The notes under the pieces: generated by a model
What the model saw: the letters and a program-made list of their open reading frames with translations, nothing else
What the model was told of the DNA's origin: nothing
Database searches by the model: none
Assembly (NCBI RefSeq): GCF_009914755.1
Contig: NC_060926.1
Length of the DNA: 64,000 nt
Direction: 5' to 3' (one strand)
DNA from: the human T2T-CHM13v2.0 reference genome, Homo sapiens
Shown here: positions 1-14,502 of the stretch, piece after piece
Numbering within the stretch: the stretch's first letter is position 1
Layout of the letters: every line of letters begins with the position of its first letter
Made by a program: the position numbers and the translations under genes

Positions 1-2505
1 GTGTGGCTGAATAAGTTGAGCTCCTCTCATCTGTCTGTTTTCCATTCTGGTCTACTACACAGTCATCTCCTTCATTTTCATGCTCTTCTGATGAGTATGG
101 GCTGGGGATTGGTGTCAGAATTGAGAGATTAGAAAAAGAGAGGTGGTTTATGTTTTATTTCTGTCAGATTTTTCAACTTGGAGTGGTTTGCCTAAGTCAA
201 GGTGACAAAGGAAGTGGGAGGTGGCATGATAGAGGGGAAGGGATGCAGCATTGGGAATTAGATGCCCCAGAACACCAGATCTCGTCTGGTGTGGCTGATC
301 TTCCCCCAGATAGTGGTGGTTGGCAGAAGGATATTTTATTGTGAGTTCAGACTTGGTCAGCCAGAACAAAGAGAAACTGAGCAAAAGTAGAGTTTCTACC
401 CGAGGACTGGCACAGAGCTGGCTGCATCACCTGCACAGGTTTTCTAGGGCAGTGAGCCTCAGCCAGGGTTACATCAGCCATTTGGAGGGAAGAATCAGAA
501 GATGGGGAGTGGGAGAGGGAGAAAGAAAGGAGCTCTCCTTTTATTCCAGATAATCTCTATTTTAACTTTTAACCTCAATAAACTCTCCTTAGCTCTTGAA
601 TCTGACTCACAACAACACTCTTTTTGTTGAGGGAGCTGTTTTGACTAAATCCCATGCTGAATTGAGTGTAGGATTTTTTTATTTCTAAAATCAAGTTAGA
701 CTAAAATGTAATATTTTAGGAGTTACAAATTGGCAGCCTGCCAAACCTTGCCATTGGTATTATGATCAACTTGAACTTTAATATCTCCAGGTGGAGCCTT
801 TACTGTCTAGTTTCCTTACTGTCCTTCTCAAGTCTGCTTGATTATTTGATTCTATCTTGAAGGCATTTGAGCTTCAGAAGCCTGGTGTTATTTGGCCAGT
901 CAAGTTCTTTTCCCTATTAAAAGGGCTGTAATTCTATAATTTACTAGCTTTCCGACCTTAGGAAAGTTATTTAATTTTCTAATGTTCATTTTGCAAGAGA
1001 AGCAGCTAAGGCTATTTGCCTAAGGGCATAGAGCTAGACCAGATTTTCTCTCTGGGTTTCTTTCATCTTCAGCCAACATCTGTGATTCTCTTGGTTCCAA
1101 GAAGGGTCTCACTCGTCCTTTTTCAGCGGATGATGCTATTACTACTTTCTTATATTCCTAATTGGCTAAATGCCAGGGACTTCACAAGTTTTTGCCTGCT
1201 GCACGGAAGCACAGCCATTATGTTTCCAGTAGCTTCATCTGTCTTCTTTTTCAATTTGTAGATCATGGGGAGTTGTTTTTTGTTTTGAGACTCAAGTTTA
1301 GTTATTCTAATACAGTAGCAACACATCTGAGGTATGTGCTAAAATTAAGATATAACTTTATAGAAAGATAAAAGTTGCCAAAGTTTTCTAAAATAGGTAC
1401 AATTTTGGTAGTTACTTCAGTGATTACATTATCTTGGGAAATTCTTTGTAAACTTTAGATCCCAACCTCTCATTTCTTTGTAATTCTTTTTTTTCCCTCC
1501 CAGCCAAAACAGCACCTATCTAGCAAATGGTGAGTTTGAGGAAGATTCAGAGTGGGGTATTTTCCAGTTTACTTTGCCATAGGTTATCAGTTTGATGGGT
1601 TTAAGCTAATAGGATGTTCATCCTTTTTGTCAAAACGTCTTTGCTTCATGCTTAGGTTTTGTAACTGCCAGAAATAGGCAGAAACTTCAGTGGTAATTTT
1701 GGTCTAAATTAAGGAAATAATAAGTGACAACTTTGGTGGGCATACCCTATTTTGGCCATGAGGCTGGAATTTGGGCTTATTAGTGATAGATTTGGCTTCA
1801 GTATTGCTATGTCAGGTATAAATGATCCTTTCCTATTTGGAGCTGTGGGGTTGGGGAAGTGACAGGGAAGGATAGGATTGGAGTTTTAGCAATTTTCTGG
1901 CAGTTTTAATTTGCTTGGACATAGGTCAGGTTTTACCATGGCAAAATTTGCCATCCTGGATGTTGTGAAGTCTGTCAGAATCTTTGAAGGCTGGGCTATT
2001 AAACTTCTTTCTGATCATCTTCTGTATGAGACTTTGGATATATGGTCTACAGATATAGACAGAACTGAACTGTTTGATCCTATTGCTTACCTGTTTGACT
2101 TTAGAGACCAAGCTAAGTTAACCCTCCTTGATTGCTTTTTCTTCTGCTAAATTTCTAGCACGCATTTATTATAGGTTGGACCAAAGGGCTTAAGGAGTCA
2201 TTAATGAATTTTGGACCATTTAAGTGATGTTCCCATTCCAGGCCTGAAAACCATCAATGGTCTCAGACAATGCTTGTCTTAGGCAGCCTTGACTCGCTTG
2301 TAAAACAGCATTTTACATGAGAAGAAATACTTTCAGTAGCCTCTTACCCTTATAAAGACTTGTTTTAACTCTCAATTCATATAACCGGGTGGGAGAACAT
2401 AATTATATGCCAACAATAAGAGGCAGTTTCCATCACATATATACCTTGTTGTATATAGATACTAGGGACTGTTAACAAGGTTGCTTTTTTTTTAATCCAA
2501 CTCAG

Positions 2506-2624
2506 ACACAAGAAGGAAAGCAGAACCTACCTTTGGAGGTCATGACCCTCGTACAGCTGTTCAGCTTCGAAGCCTCAGCACAGTATTAAAACGCCTCAAG
2601 GAAATCATGGAGGGGAAAAGCCAG
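2506..2624 (+). CDS. PIKFYVE: PIKfyve exon 4 ((D)TRRKAEPTFGGHDPRTAVQLRSLSTVLKRLKEIMEGKSQ)
   Basis: T-rich tract + ctcag acceptor; CAG|gtactg donor; 119 nt, phase 1 to 0. Confidence 0.95.
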
Positions 2625-2799
2625 GTACTGTCTAGAGGCTTTGGAAGATTACTTATTAAGCGCTTATGGGGATCATGCCATACCTAATGAAAATGGCTTA
2701 ATGCCACTGAAAGAAAGCTTAATTAGCGCTTCCTCCAGCTGTGAGCACCCTATTTTTATACATAAGTTCTTAATTTTATTGTAGTCTAATTTATCAGTT

Positions 2800-3290
2800 T
2801 TTTTCCCGTTATCCTTAGTGCTTTTCGCGTTCTGTTTAAGAAGTGTTTATCTAGTTCAGGGCAGTAGATATTCTCCTATGGTTTCTTCAAGAAGCTTTAT
2901 TATTTCTGTCAAGTATAGGGGTCAGGCTTCCATTTTTCCTCATGGATGTCCAGTTGGATATAGTACCATTGTTTTTGAAAAGACCATCTTTCACTGATTG
3001 CATTATAAATTCCACCGTAAGTCCATATATGTGTGAGGGTGTGTCAGGGCTCTCTTTTTCTGTTCCATACCTTTATTTTTTTCTATCCTTGTACCAGTAC
3101 CCTGTCTAAAATTATTGTAGCATTAAGAATAAGTCTTGATGGCTGGTAATATTAAGTCCTTCAATTTGTTCTTCTTCAAGATTGTCTTGGTTATTTTGAC
3201 CTTTCGTATTCCCATATGAATTTTTGAATTAGTTTGTTTTCTGCAAAAGAAACCTTTGAGGATTTCATTTGCCATTGCATATTAATAATC
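2800..3290 (-). mobile_element. Old, degenerate L1M ORF2 fragment
   Basis: L1 antisense phrases (ccatatatgtgtg, gtaccagtacc, ttgttcttcttcaagattgtcttgg). Confidence 0.6.
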
Positions 3291-3330
3291 AGTATTTTCA
3301 AGAAGCCTTCACACATTTTTATTGTTATAG

Positions 3331-3502
3331 GATAGTGACCTGAAACAATACTGGATGCCAGATAGCCAATGTAAAGAGTGCTATGACTGTAGTGAGAAAT
3401 TTACAACCTTTAGGCGCAGACACCATTGCCGACTATGTGGGCAGATTTTCTGCAGTCGTTGCTGTAATCAAGAAATCCCTGGAAAATTTATGGGCTATAC
3501 AG
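3331..3502 (+). CDS. PIKFYVE: PIKfyve exon 5, FYVE zinc finger N-part (DSDLKQYWMPDSQCKECYDC...RRRHHCRLCGQIFCSRCC...YT)
   Basis: ttatag acceptor; G|gtaaat donor; WxxD and RRHHCR FYVE motifs; 172 nt. Confidence 0.98.
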
Positions 3503-4194
3503 GTAAATGCATTTTATTGCCAGTTTACAATTTTTAAAGGTCATAACTATAAGACACTTATAATACAGGATAGTGTTAAGCCAATTTTCATTTTGGGTTT
3601 TATGTGTAAGACATGGGGACACAAAGGTGAGGGAGACAGCTTTGCTTTTAAGAACTTTCCTATTGAATAATACAGTAGATGGGACTTATCATAAATAACT
3701 AGAGTAAAAGTGTATTTATTGTAGATGCTAGCAAAAAACTATAGGAACATTAAAATTTATTAGACAAGATCGTTAGAGTAGATTACTAATTTAAATCACT
3801 ATGAGAGTTTTCATTTTAAAAGGACAGATCTTCCTTGACGTAATTACATGACACTGTGCTTTGGCAGTGAATTGTGTCTTACTCAGATTCTTCCATAAGG
3901 AACATAGTCAAATTTCAGCAGTACAGAAAATTTAAGTTATTTCTTGAAACAGAAAAAACTGAACAATGGTATGTTGATTTATACAGTGATTTGGGAGTAG
4001 AAGATAGTCAGAAATTACCTGAAAAACAAAACTCCTAACATCTCTCTCATGTTATTTTTGTTATTGTGAAGATCTTTCTGTCTGCTCATTTTTTTTCCAC
4101 CTAAACTACTACAGAGTTCAGAATCCCATTATCTGTCACCCAGAACCCCATTAGCTTTTACAACAGCTTTTTTGTTTGAAAATTACTTGTATTT

Positions 4195-5766
4195 CTTTTT
4201 TTTTTTGGTAATAATTTCAACTTTTATTTTAGATTCATGTTTGTTACAGGGGTATATTTAGTGATGCTGAGATTTTGCATATGACTGATCCTGTCACCCA
4301 GGTAGTGAGTATGGTATCCAGTAGTTAGTTTTTCAAACCTTGCTCCTCTTCCTCCCTCCCTGCTCTAGTAGTCCCCTTGTCTGTTGTTGCCATCTTTATG
4401 TCCTTATGTACTCAGTGTTTAGCTCCCACTTGTAAGTGAGAGCTTGCGGCATTTGGTTTTCTGTTCTGTGTTAATTTACTTAGGATAATGGCCTCCAGCT
4501 GCATCCATATTGCTGCAAAGGACATAATTTTGTTCTTTTTTTATGGCTGCATAGTATTCCATGGTGTATATGTACCACATTTTCTTTATCCATTTCACCA
4601 TTGGTGGCACCCAGGTTGATTCTGTATTTGCTATTATAAAAAGTGTTACAATGAACATACGAGTACATGTGCCTTTTGATAGAATGATTTATTTTCCTTT
4701 GGATATATACCCAGTAGTGGGATTCCTGAGTCAAATGGTAGCAGTTCTGTTTTAAGCTCTTTGAGAAATCTTCAAACCGTCTTCCACAGTGGCTGAACTA
4801 ATTTACATTCCCATCAGCAGTGTATAAGCATTCTCTTTTCTCTGCAGCTTTACCAGCATTCGTTTTTTGGCTTTTTAATAACAGCCATTCTGATTGGTGT
4901 GAGATGGTATCTTATTGTGGTTTTGATTTGCATTTCACTAATGATCATTGATGTGGAACATTTTTTCATGTTTGTTGGCCACTTGTAGGTCTTTTTTTGA
5001 GAAGTGTCTGTTCATGTCTTTTGCCCAATTTTTAATGGGGTCATTTGTTTTTTACTTGTTGAATTACGTTTCTTATATATTGTGGATATTAGATCTTTGT
5101 CAGATGCATAGTTTGCAAGTATTTTCTCCTATTCTGTGGCTTGTTTGTTTACTCTGTTGATAGTATCTTTTGCCATGCAGAAGCACTTTAGTTTAATTAG
5201 GTCCCACATGTCAATTTTTGTTTTTGTTGCAGTTGCTTTTGAGGACTTAGTCATAAATTGTTTCCCAAGGCTGATGTCCAGAATCATGCTTCATAGGTTT
5301 TCTTCTAGGACTTTCATAGTTTGAGGTCTTATATTTAAATCTTTAATCCATCTTGAATTAATTTTCGTATATGATGAAACATAGGGGCCAGTTTTATTCT
5401 TTTGCATATGGCTAGCCAGCTATTCCAGTGCCATTTATTGAATAGAGAGTCCTTTCCCTGTTGTTCATTTTTGTTGACTTTGTTGAAGATCAAATGTCTG
5501 TGTGTGATTTTATTTCTGGTTTCTTTGTTCTGTTCCATTGGCTTATGTGCCTGTTTTTGTACCAGTACCACTGCTGTTTTTGTTACTGTAGCCTATTCCT
5601 ATGAAACTACCAATGTCGTTTTTCATAGAATTAGAAAAAACTATTCAAAAATTCATATAGAACCAAAAAAGAGCCTGAATAGCCAAAACAATCCTAAGCA
5701 AAAAGAACAAGGCAGGAGGCATCACATTTCCTGACTTCAAATTGTAATCTAAGGCTACAGTGACAA
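4195..5766 (-). mobile_element. L1 (L1PA15/L1PB-age) 3' part with a 5' inverted segment (~5595-5766)
   Basis: Poly(T), 3' UTR and ORF2 C-terminal peptides on the - strand (MWYIYTMEYYAAIKK; GKDSLFNKW), then a flip to sense L1. Confidence 0.85.
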
Positions 5767-5954
5767 GATTACAGCTTTTAAAATACATTTTTTTTACCTT
5801 TAGTTTCTCCCTACCTCTAATTCATATTTCATATCCTAGTCAGCATTCTTTGTAAAATGATAATTTGATCATGTCAGGGTATTTTCCTGCATAATACTCT
5901 TTCAGAGCTCCCATTACCCTCAGGATAAAACCTTTCTTGTTAATATGGTCGGTA

Positions 5955-6050
5955 TGTTAGCTTCCTAGGTCTGCCATAACACAGTACCACAGGCTGTGTG
6001 TCTTGGAACAACAGAAATGTATGTCTCATAGTTCTGGAGGCCAGAAGTAC
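5955..6050. mobile_element. MLT1 (MaLR) LTR fragment
   Basis: ctgccataaca...aacaacagaaat...ctcatagttctggaggccagaagt, typical MLT1 wording. Confidence 0.6.
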
Positions 6051-8151
6051 CAAAATACAGATCAGGGAACAAATATAGGGATTCTGCTGGTTGTCTATTC
6101 TAACTGTATGTTCTAGAACTGGGGAAATAACCATAGAGTGAGTTTGGGGACTCACTAAACTCACAGTGAGATGGACCTGAGCTAAAGCTTCACTGATCAC
6201 CTGACCTCTGTAAGTCCCTACTCTGACAGGCAGACCAGAGTGATGTTTTGGGTCTCCTGGAATTAGTGTCAGTTGAGAGTAGGTGTCTAATAACCCCTGA
6301 CAAATATGATCATTTCCTTCTCCTCAGTGTCCAGTCGCCTTGGTAAAAGCATAGGTCTCTTTGGGGATGGCTGGTAGAAAGATTAACGGTGTACATTTCT
6401 GGCAGTGTAGTGGGGTTCTTCTTCAGAATGACCAATCCCCTCTTCATTCAAGGAGTTCTGGATCATCTGTAAGTGGCTCAAGTCTGGGAATTGAGTGAAG
6501 GATCGTATGACTCTGTTTTCATGATTCAAGTTGGACTTACAGCTACTTGATATGGAGTTGTTTCCCTTATACAAATCAAGTAAGAATTTTGTTGACTGCC
6601 CATCTACTTCACTTGTGGAGACATTATGATCAACTAGCCAATGCCATACATCTCTTAGGCTATTCTGATTATTGCTTTGATTCTGATGTCTATTATAGTA
6701 ACCATGCCCACCTTGTCTTTGGCGACTAAAGTGCTGCCTATTGGCCCCTGCCACCCTGGGATCCAGTGATCCCCATTGCATTTAGGTTTCCTGACCCAGT
6801 AGCAGTAGTTCCTGCTGTAATTTCTGATCTACAAAGAAGAGCAACCACAAAGCTCTTTAAGGATTCGGGGCCTCCCCTCACAAATTTATTTCTCATAGTC
6901 GTGGTTGAAAGGTTATGTCCTTCTTGGGTGAGTCAGCAAGTCTTACATGGTAAAACTACTTTTAACATTTCAATCTCCCCTAACCTTTGGATGCCTTCTT
7001 CTATAATATAATAGGGCATTTCTGATATTTCAACCCCATTTAGTGTAAGCCACCTTTTGGTCTATGTGTCAGCCAGTCATCTAAACAGACTGTTGGAGAC
7101 CCTTTTAACCCCTTGAGCTGCAACAATAAATATAGAATCTGCTTAGTGGGCCCATGTCAGTAAATTCAGCTTGATCCAACTTTATGTTCTTTCCACTATT
7201 ATCCCATACCTTCATTATCCATTCCCACATGTATTTCCTTGGTTTTTATCTGTATAAATTGGAAAAATCATGTAGTTCTTCTGGAGTGTAGTGCACCTTC
7301 TCATGGGTCACAGTTTGTATCTCACCTTTCAGGGCCTACCTGAGCTTGAGTTCCTTTATAGGTCTGGTAGCAAAGAGGAGTAGTAGGAGTAGATCCTGAG
7401 TAAAATTAGCAGTGTCTTGCAAGGCAGCTAACTCAGGGGAGGTCATTACAGCCTGTCTGATCAAAGCCAGGTTAATCTCCTCAAATGAGGTGGAAAGACT
7501 GCTGCTGCTGGCAAAGAAGACTCAGAATTTTGGTGTTTAACATCCCCAGCTCCATCAGGATCTTCTTACATATTTCCATTCCTTCCCAATCAACACCCTC
7601 ACTTTAATAGCAGACAAACTTCAAGGTTGGTGATTCAGTTTGTGTTTCAGTTCAGTCACTTGCAGGATGAGAGTGTTGTTCTGATTTTTAACAATCTTAG
7701 CACTGAACCTGCAGGAGATAAGGATTTCTTTCAAGGAAGACCTAGAAACTTTCAGATAATTTATACAGTTCTTGAGCTGGGAATTTGAATCCCTAAGGTA
7801 ATCCATTTCTTTTTTTACTTTTGTCTAATGCAATTAGGAGGAACCAGCCCATGTCATTATAGTTGTTAGCTTGACAAAACCATTCTAAGATATTAAATAC
7901 TTGGTCACTCAGAACTTTGCCTTTTATAAGTATTAATATTTGATTAGGAGTATCTGTAGGTGATATTTTGCATGTCTTTGTTGCCACATTACACAATGGA
8001 CTATCAGTGTTCTCTTTACTACTGGAAATAGAGTCATTAGTGCCTTTAAATCTAATCAGCTTAGATAACCAATTCCAGAAATGTAAGAACCAATTCAGAA
8101 AACTTACCCTTAGGATTCTGTTGCTCTAAAGCCATTCTTGGTACCAAAATA
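6050..8151 (-). mobile_element. ERVL internal region (decayed gag to protease)
   Basis: Minus-strand gag-like peptides (RQRQGGHGYYN...WHWLVDH); PBS-like ttttggtaccaagaatgg on - strand next to the LTR. Confidence 0.75.
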
Positions 8152-8540
8152 TGTATTAAGGTTCTCCAGAGAAACAGAACCAGTAGGATACACAAACACA
8201 CATTTATATAGAGAGAAATTTATGTTTAACAATTGGTCAAGTTATTTTGAGGACTGGCAAGTCTGAAATTCTCAGGGCAGGCCAGTAGGCTGGAAACTCC
8301 TACAGGATTTCTGTCTTGCAGTGTTGAGACAGAATTTCTTTTTCTTCAGAAAACTTTAGTCTTTGTCCTTAAGGACTTCAACTGATTAGATGAGACCCAC
8401 TCACATTCTAGAGGACAATCTGCTTTACTTAAAGTCAGCTGATTGTAAATATTAATCACATCCAAAAAAAATAACCTTCACAGCATCTCAGCTTGACCAA
8501 ATAACTAATCTAGCCAAGTTGACACATAAGGTTAATCACA
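8152..8540 (-). mobile_element. MLT2-family LTR (5' LTR of the ERVL remnant)
   Basis: tgtatta.ggttctccagagaaacagaacc ... ctagccaagttgacacataa..ttaatcaca, TG...CA termini. Confidence 0.85.
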
Positions 8541-8552
8541 AATGGGATAATA

Positions 8553-8917
8553 TAGTGGTCTCCAACCTTTTTGGCACCAGGGACCGGTTTTGTGGCAGAC
8601 AGTTTTTCCATGGACTGGTGTGGGGGACGGGGGATGGTTTTAGGACGAAACTATTCCACCTTAGGTAATCAGGCATTAGATTCTCGTAAGGAACGTGCAA
8701 TCTAGATCCCTCACATGCGCAGTTCACCATAGGGTTCACGCTTCTATAAGAATCTAATGCCACCGCTGATCTGACAGGAGGTGGAGCTCAGGAGGTAATG
8801 CCCGTTTGTGTATGGCTTGTGTGCTGCTTGCTCGCCACTCACCTCCTGCTGTGCGGCTCGGTTCCTAACAGGCTACGGACGGGGAGTAGTACATGTCCCT
8901 GGGATTGGGGACCCCTG
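8553..8917 (+). mobile_element. MER1B (hAT-Charlie)
   Basis: Degenerate TIRs (tagtggtctccaacc / gattggggacccctg); 8-bp TSD ggataata / gggtaata. Confidence 0.85.
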
Positions 8918-9364
8918 GGGTAATATATGCTAGGCACAGTTATACATTGTGACCCTGAATAAATACAAATAACTAGAAAAATGTCTAGTACATGGAAAGG
9001 GATCAATGAACAGTAAACTATTGTTATTGATGGTAATAGCAATAGTATCTGCATCTGTCATGCAGCTTTTTGGTTATATGTGTGTTGCCTCCAGTGGCCT
9101 ATGAGTTTTTTGATGGCAGGGCTGTATCTCATCAATCTTTGTATTCCCATCACACCATATAGGCATGCGCTTAATAGGCTCTTGCTGATGAACTTTCTTC
9201 ATGAAATGAAAACTTTTATGATTAGGCTTGGCTCTGTTTATTGATTTTACAATTTTAGTTCTAATAGCTGACTGGTTAGGCGAGATTTCCTTTATAGTGT
9301 AAGAAACAAATGAAGTCTTTGTTGTAGTAAATTGAAAGTCTTTCTGCAGGGAGTAATTTCACTT

Positions 9365-9672
9365 CTTTTGTTTTTTTTTTTGGAGACTGAGTCTTGCTCT
9401 GTCGCCCAGGCTGGAGTGCAGTGGCACGATCACAGCTCAGCTCACTGCAGCCTCAGCTTCCTGGGCTCAAGCAATCCTCCTACCTCTCCGCCTCCCAAGT
9501 AGCTTGGACTACAGGGTGCATGCCACCATGCCCTGGCTAGTTTTGTATTTTTTATTGATGTGGGGTCTCACCATGTAGCCTAGGCTGGTCTCAAACTCCT
9601 GTGCTCAAGCAGTCCGCCTGCCTTGGCCTCCCAAAGTGTTGGGATTACGGGTGTGCACCACCATGCCTGGCC
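9365..9672 (-). mobile_element. Alu (AluJ-like)
   Basis: Antisense dimeric Alu with poly(T). Confidence 0.9.
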
Positions 9673-9957
9673 TACATGCATAATTTAATAAAACTGAGTA
9701 CTACGTAATAGTAGTCTTAAAATGAAAAAGTAAAAGGCCATTTTGGTAGTGATTATGGTAAAAACATAATACAGTTAACTTTTAGAAGTCTTTTATTTTG
9801 TATCACTTCAGTTTTCTAATATTAGTGGGAAAATTTTAGGTAGAATTATTAAACAACATGTTATTAGTAAGGTTTAATTATTTTACCTCCTTTTTTAATA
9901 CCTAAAATGTTACAGAATCACTCAAAACAATGTTATAGAAAAATAGAGTAGAAATGA

Positions 9958-10350
<393 letters not shown>

Positions 10351-10604
10351 TAACTTTTTTTTATAATAATTCTTTTATAGTTTTTACTCTCATATATTAT
10401 ACTGCATGTAAGCCCATTTTCTGTTAGTTTGCTTTTGAAATTCTTTGGAGGGTACTCTTCAGGGCTTCACAATAAAGACCTTAATAATATTTTCCTCCTT
10501 AATTAATTTGCCTATGGAAAATATGTTGTTTCCATTTGTGTTGGTTTATTTATTCTATTAAAAAATGTTATTCCTTGAAACTCATGTCTCTGTTAGATTT
10601 CTTT

Positions 10605-11178
<574 letters not shown>

Positions 11179-11509
11179 TGGTATGTTACATTTTAAACTC
11201 ATTATAAATGTTTATGGTAGTTTGGACACCTGGATGAATTTATCATAATGATGGCTCTTTTTTTTTCTTTTAACTTCTAACTTTTGATTTTTAGTGCCAG
11301 AATTCAAAATGGCCCTTAAATATATATAATAGAGCTAACAAAATTATTTCACTTTTTAAAATGTCTTTTTTTGAGAGTCTGTACTTGAAGACATTTCCGT
11401 TATTAGATGAACTGTTGACCCAAGGAGTTAAAAAAGTTACGTTAAGCAATATGTTACTGCTATCTTTTCCTTCAATTTCCTTGTTTTTGTTTTTGTTTTT
11501 TTCTCCTAG

Positions 11510-11717
11510 GAGACCTCCGAGCTTGCACATATTGTAGAAAAATAGCCTTAAGTTATGCTCATTCCACAGACAGTAATTCTATTGGGGAAGACTTGAATGC
11601 TCTTTCAGATTCTGCTTGCTCTGTGTCTGTGCTTGATCCAAGTGAACCCCGAACACCTGTTGGGAGTAGGAAAGCCAGCCGTAACATATTTTTAGAGGAT
11701 GATTTGGCCTGGCAAAG
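11510..11717 (+). CDS. PIKFYVE: PIKfyve exon 6, FYVE C-part (GDLRACTYC...DDLAWQ)
   Basis: Long pyrimidine tract + cctag; AG|gtattg; RxCxxC FYVE end; 208 nt. Confidence 0.96.
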
Positions 11718-12331
11718 GTATTGTCCCTTAAATATAATTTTATTTAGAGTTGAAAAATATCGATAGTTGTCTGACCTTTGAGTGCTTTCAGTTAACACTT
11801 ACCCTCTTAGAATTATTTCCTGTCAGTTCACTGTGTTCTCCTTTTTCTTTGGCTTGCCTCCAGAATGTTTGCAGATGTTTATGGATAGTGATGATATTGG
11901 CTAATTAGAATGTAAGCTCCATGAGAGGAGACTTTACATCTTTCTTGTCACTGTTCTACCCCAGGCACCAAGAACAGCGCATGGCATGTATATAATCTTG
12001 ATAATATTTGTTGAACAGGCAACAAATTGAGATTTTTGATTTAATTAATGAACAGAAGTCATTGAGATTATTAATTTCTAATGTAGCCTTCTGTGAGAAG
12101 AAGAATGCCTGTACAATATGTATTCATATTTCCACGTGAAATTAGATTTTTTTTCCTTCTGAAGGTATATGTCATGTTTTTCTGTAAGTATACTGCACTG
12201 CTACTTCATGTTTTTTTGTAAGTATACTGCACTGCTTGGTAGTAGAGGGTGCTAACTCTTGGAAGTTACCTGGAATTGTTTGAATTAGAGTCTTAGTTTC
12301 ATCAGTTTCTGATTTTTAAAAATTATTAGTT

Positions 12332-12607
12332 ATTATTTTTGAGACGGCCTTGCTCTGTCACCCAGGCTGGAGTGTAGTGGCGTGATCATAGCTCAGGGCA
12401 GCCTCGAATCCCCTCTGCCTTAGCCTCCTGAGTAGCTGGGACAACAGGCGCACACCACTGTGCTTGGCTGATTTTTTTTTTTTTTTAAGAGATGGGGTCT
12501 TGCCATGTTGACCAGGCTGTCTTGAACTCCTGGCTTCAAGCGATCCTCCCACCTCAGCTTCCCAAAGTGCTGAGATTACAGGCATGAGCCACTCACTGCA
12601 CCTGGCC
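12332..12607 (-). mobile_element. Alu (AluJ-like)
   Basis: Antisense Alu. Confidence 0.9.
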
Positions 12608-13034
12608 TCTGATTATTTTCTTTAGCTGAATTATTTTGTTAAGCATAATACCAAATCTGGCCGTTACAAAGAGCCTATAGTTTTAAGTAACATCTCTCTG
12701 ATAAGTTAATTTCTCAGTTAACCCTTAAGGAATTGAGAAATTAGTATGTAATGAATTTAAATAGAAGTAAAAAATGAATTAATTACCGCTACATTCAATA
12801 TGTATGAATCTCAGGGACATAAAGTGGAGTAGAAAAGAAAATCATCTAATCATGTCACCAGGAAAATTTAATTAATATAAAATTTAAAAATACACAAAAC
12901 TACTACACTGTCTAGGGACTGAAATGTGGTAACACTTAAAGACGATAGATATGAAAGTTATAACAGTGGTTTCACTGAGGGAAGGGAAGGGATTAGGACT
13001 GGGTAGGGGAATTTCACAGTCAGTGGTAGTGTAC

Positions 13035-13668
<634 letters not shown>

Positions 13669-14502
13669 TTTTCTTACATTGCTTCATGAATACTTTGGTG
13701 TTTATGGCATTATGATTTTTTATACCTTACATATATTTTATAAATTTTAAAAATTGATTCTATGTTTAATTAAACAATATGAAGTATAGAGTTTTTTTAG
13801 TTTTTGCTTACTTTAGTTAGTAATGCTTTTTAGTTGTGACAGGCCCTGTCGTAATGGGCAGATGTGATTTAACAAAACAAATCAGGTAAGAAAGCTCCCT
13901 GAGAGATGTACAATAGATGTCAAAGGTAGAATGATTGTTAAATTTTAGGTTCTGTGCTAATTGCTTAATGTTCATTCTCTTTTAGTCAGCATATCTCTGT
14001 GGTAGGCACTATTTTCTCCTTTTGACAGATGTGGATGCTGAGGTTTAGCGAGATTAAGTAATGAACCCAAGGTCATGTAGCTAGTAAGAGGTCGAGCCTG
14101 CACTTGGACCTAGGTTTGTCTGACTCTATGGTGCTATTCTAGTGGGTTATGGGGACTGAGAATAAAATATTTGAACTCAAGATTTCCCTCCAAAATCAAT
14201 TTCATCTTGTATTAATAATGTTAGACGTTTCAAAGGCACCCATCCAACTAACTTTATTTACATTCCATATACTTAAAAACTTTTTAAAATTGTCATTTCG
14301 GCATTCTATATTCTTAAAAGCCATGCACTGCAAAAACTATCATTCATACCATTTACACCCTAATTAAAGGAAGAACAAAAATGACACATAATCTCATTAT
14401 TGCAAGGAAAAAGATTAAATCTGCTTTTAATGTTAAAGCGCCTCATTGAAATTCCCTTTTACTGTCCTGAATTATTTCAGTATTTTCCTATTTTCTTTAT
14501 AG

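Noticed and set aside
1-2505. Looked for the ~11-aa insert (ENTLPHPQEST-like) that I recall in mouse PIKfyve before exon 4
   Set aside because: No matching exon found by eye; it may lie upstream of the window
6383-6781. 132-aa minus-strand ORF as a domesticated gag
   Set aside because: Short piece of a decayed ERVL gag; neighbouring frames are interrupted
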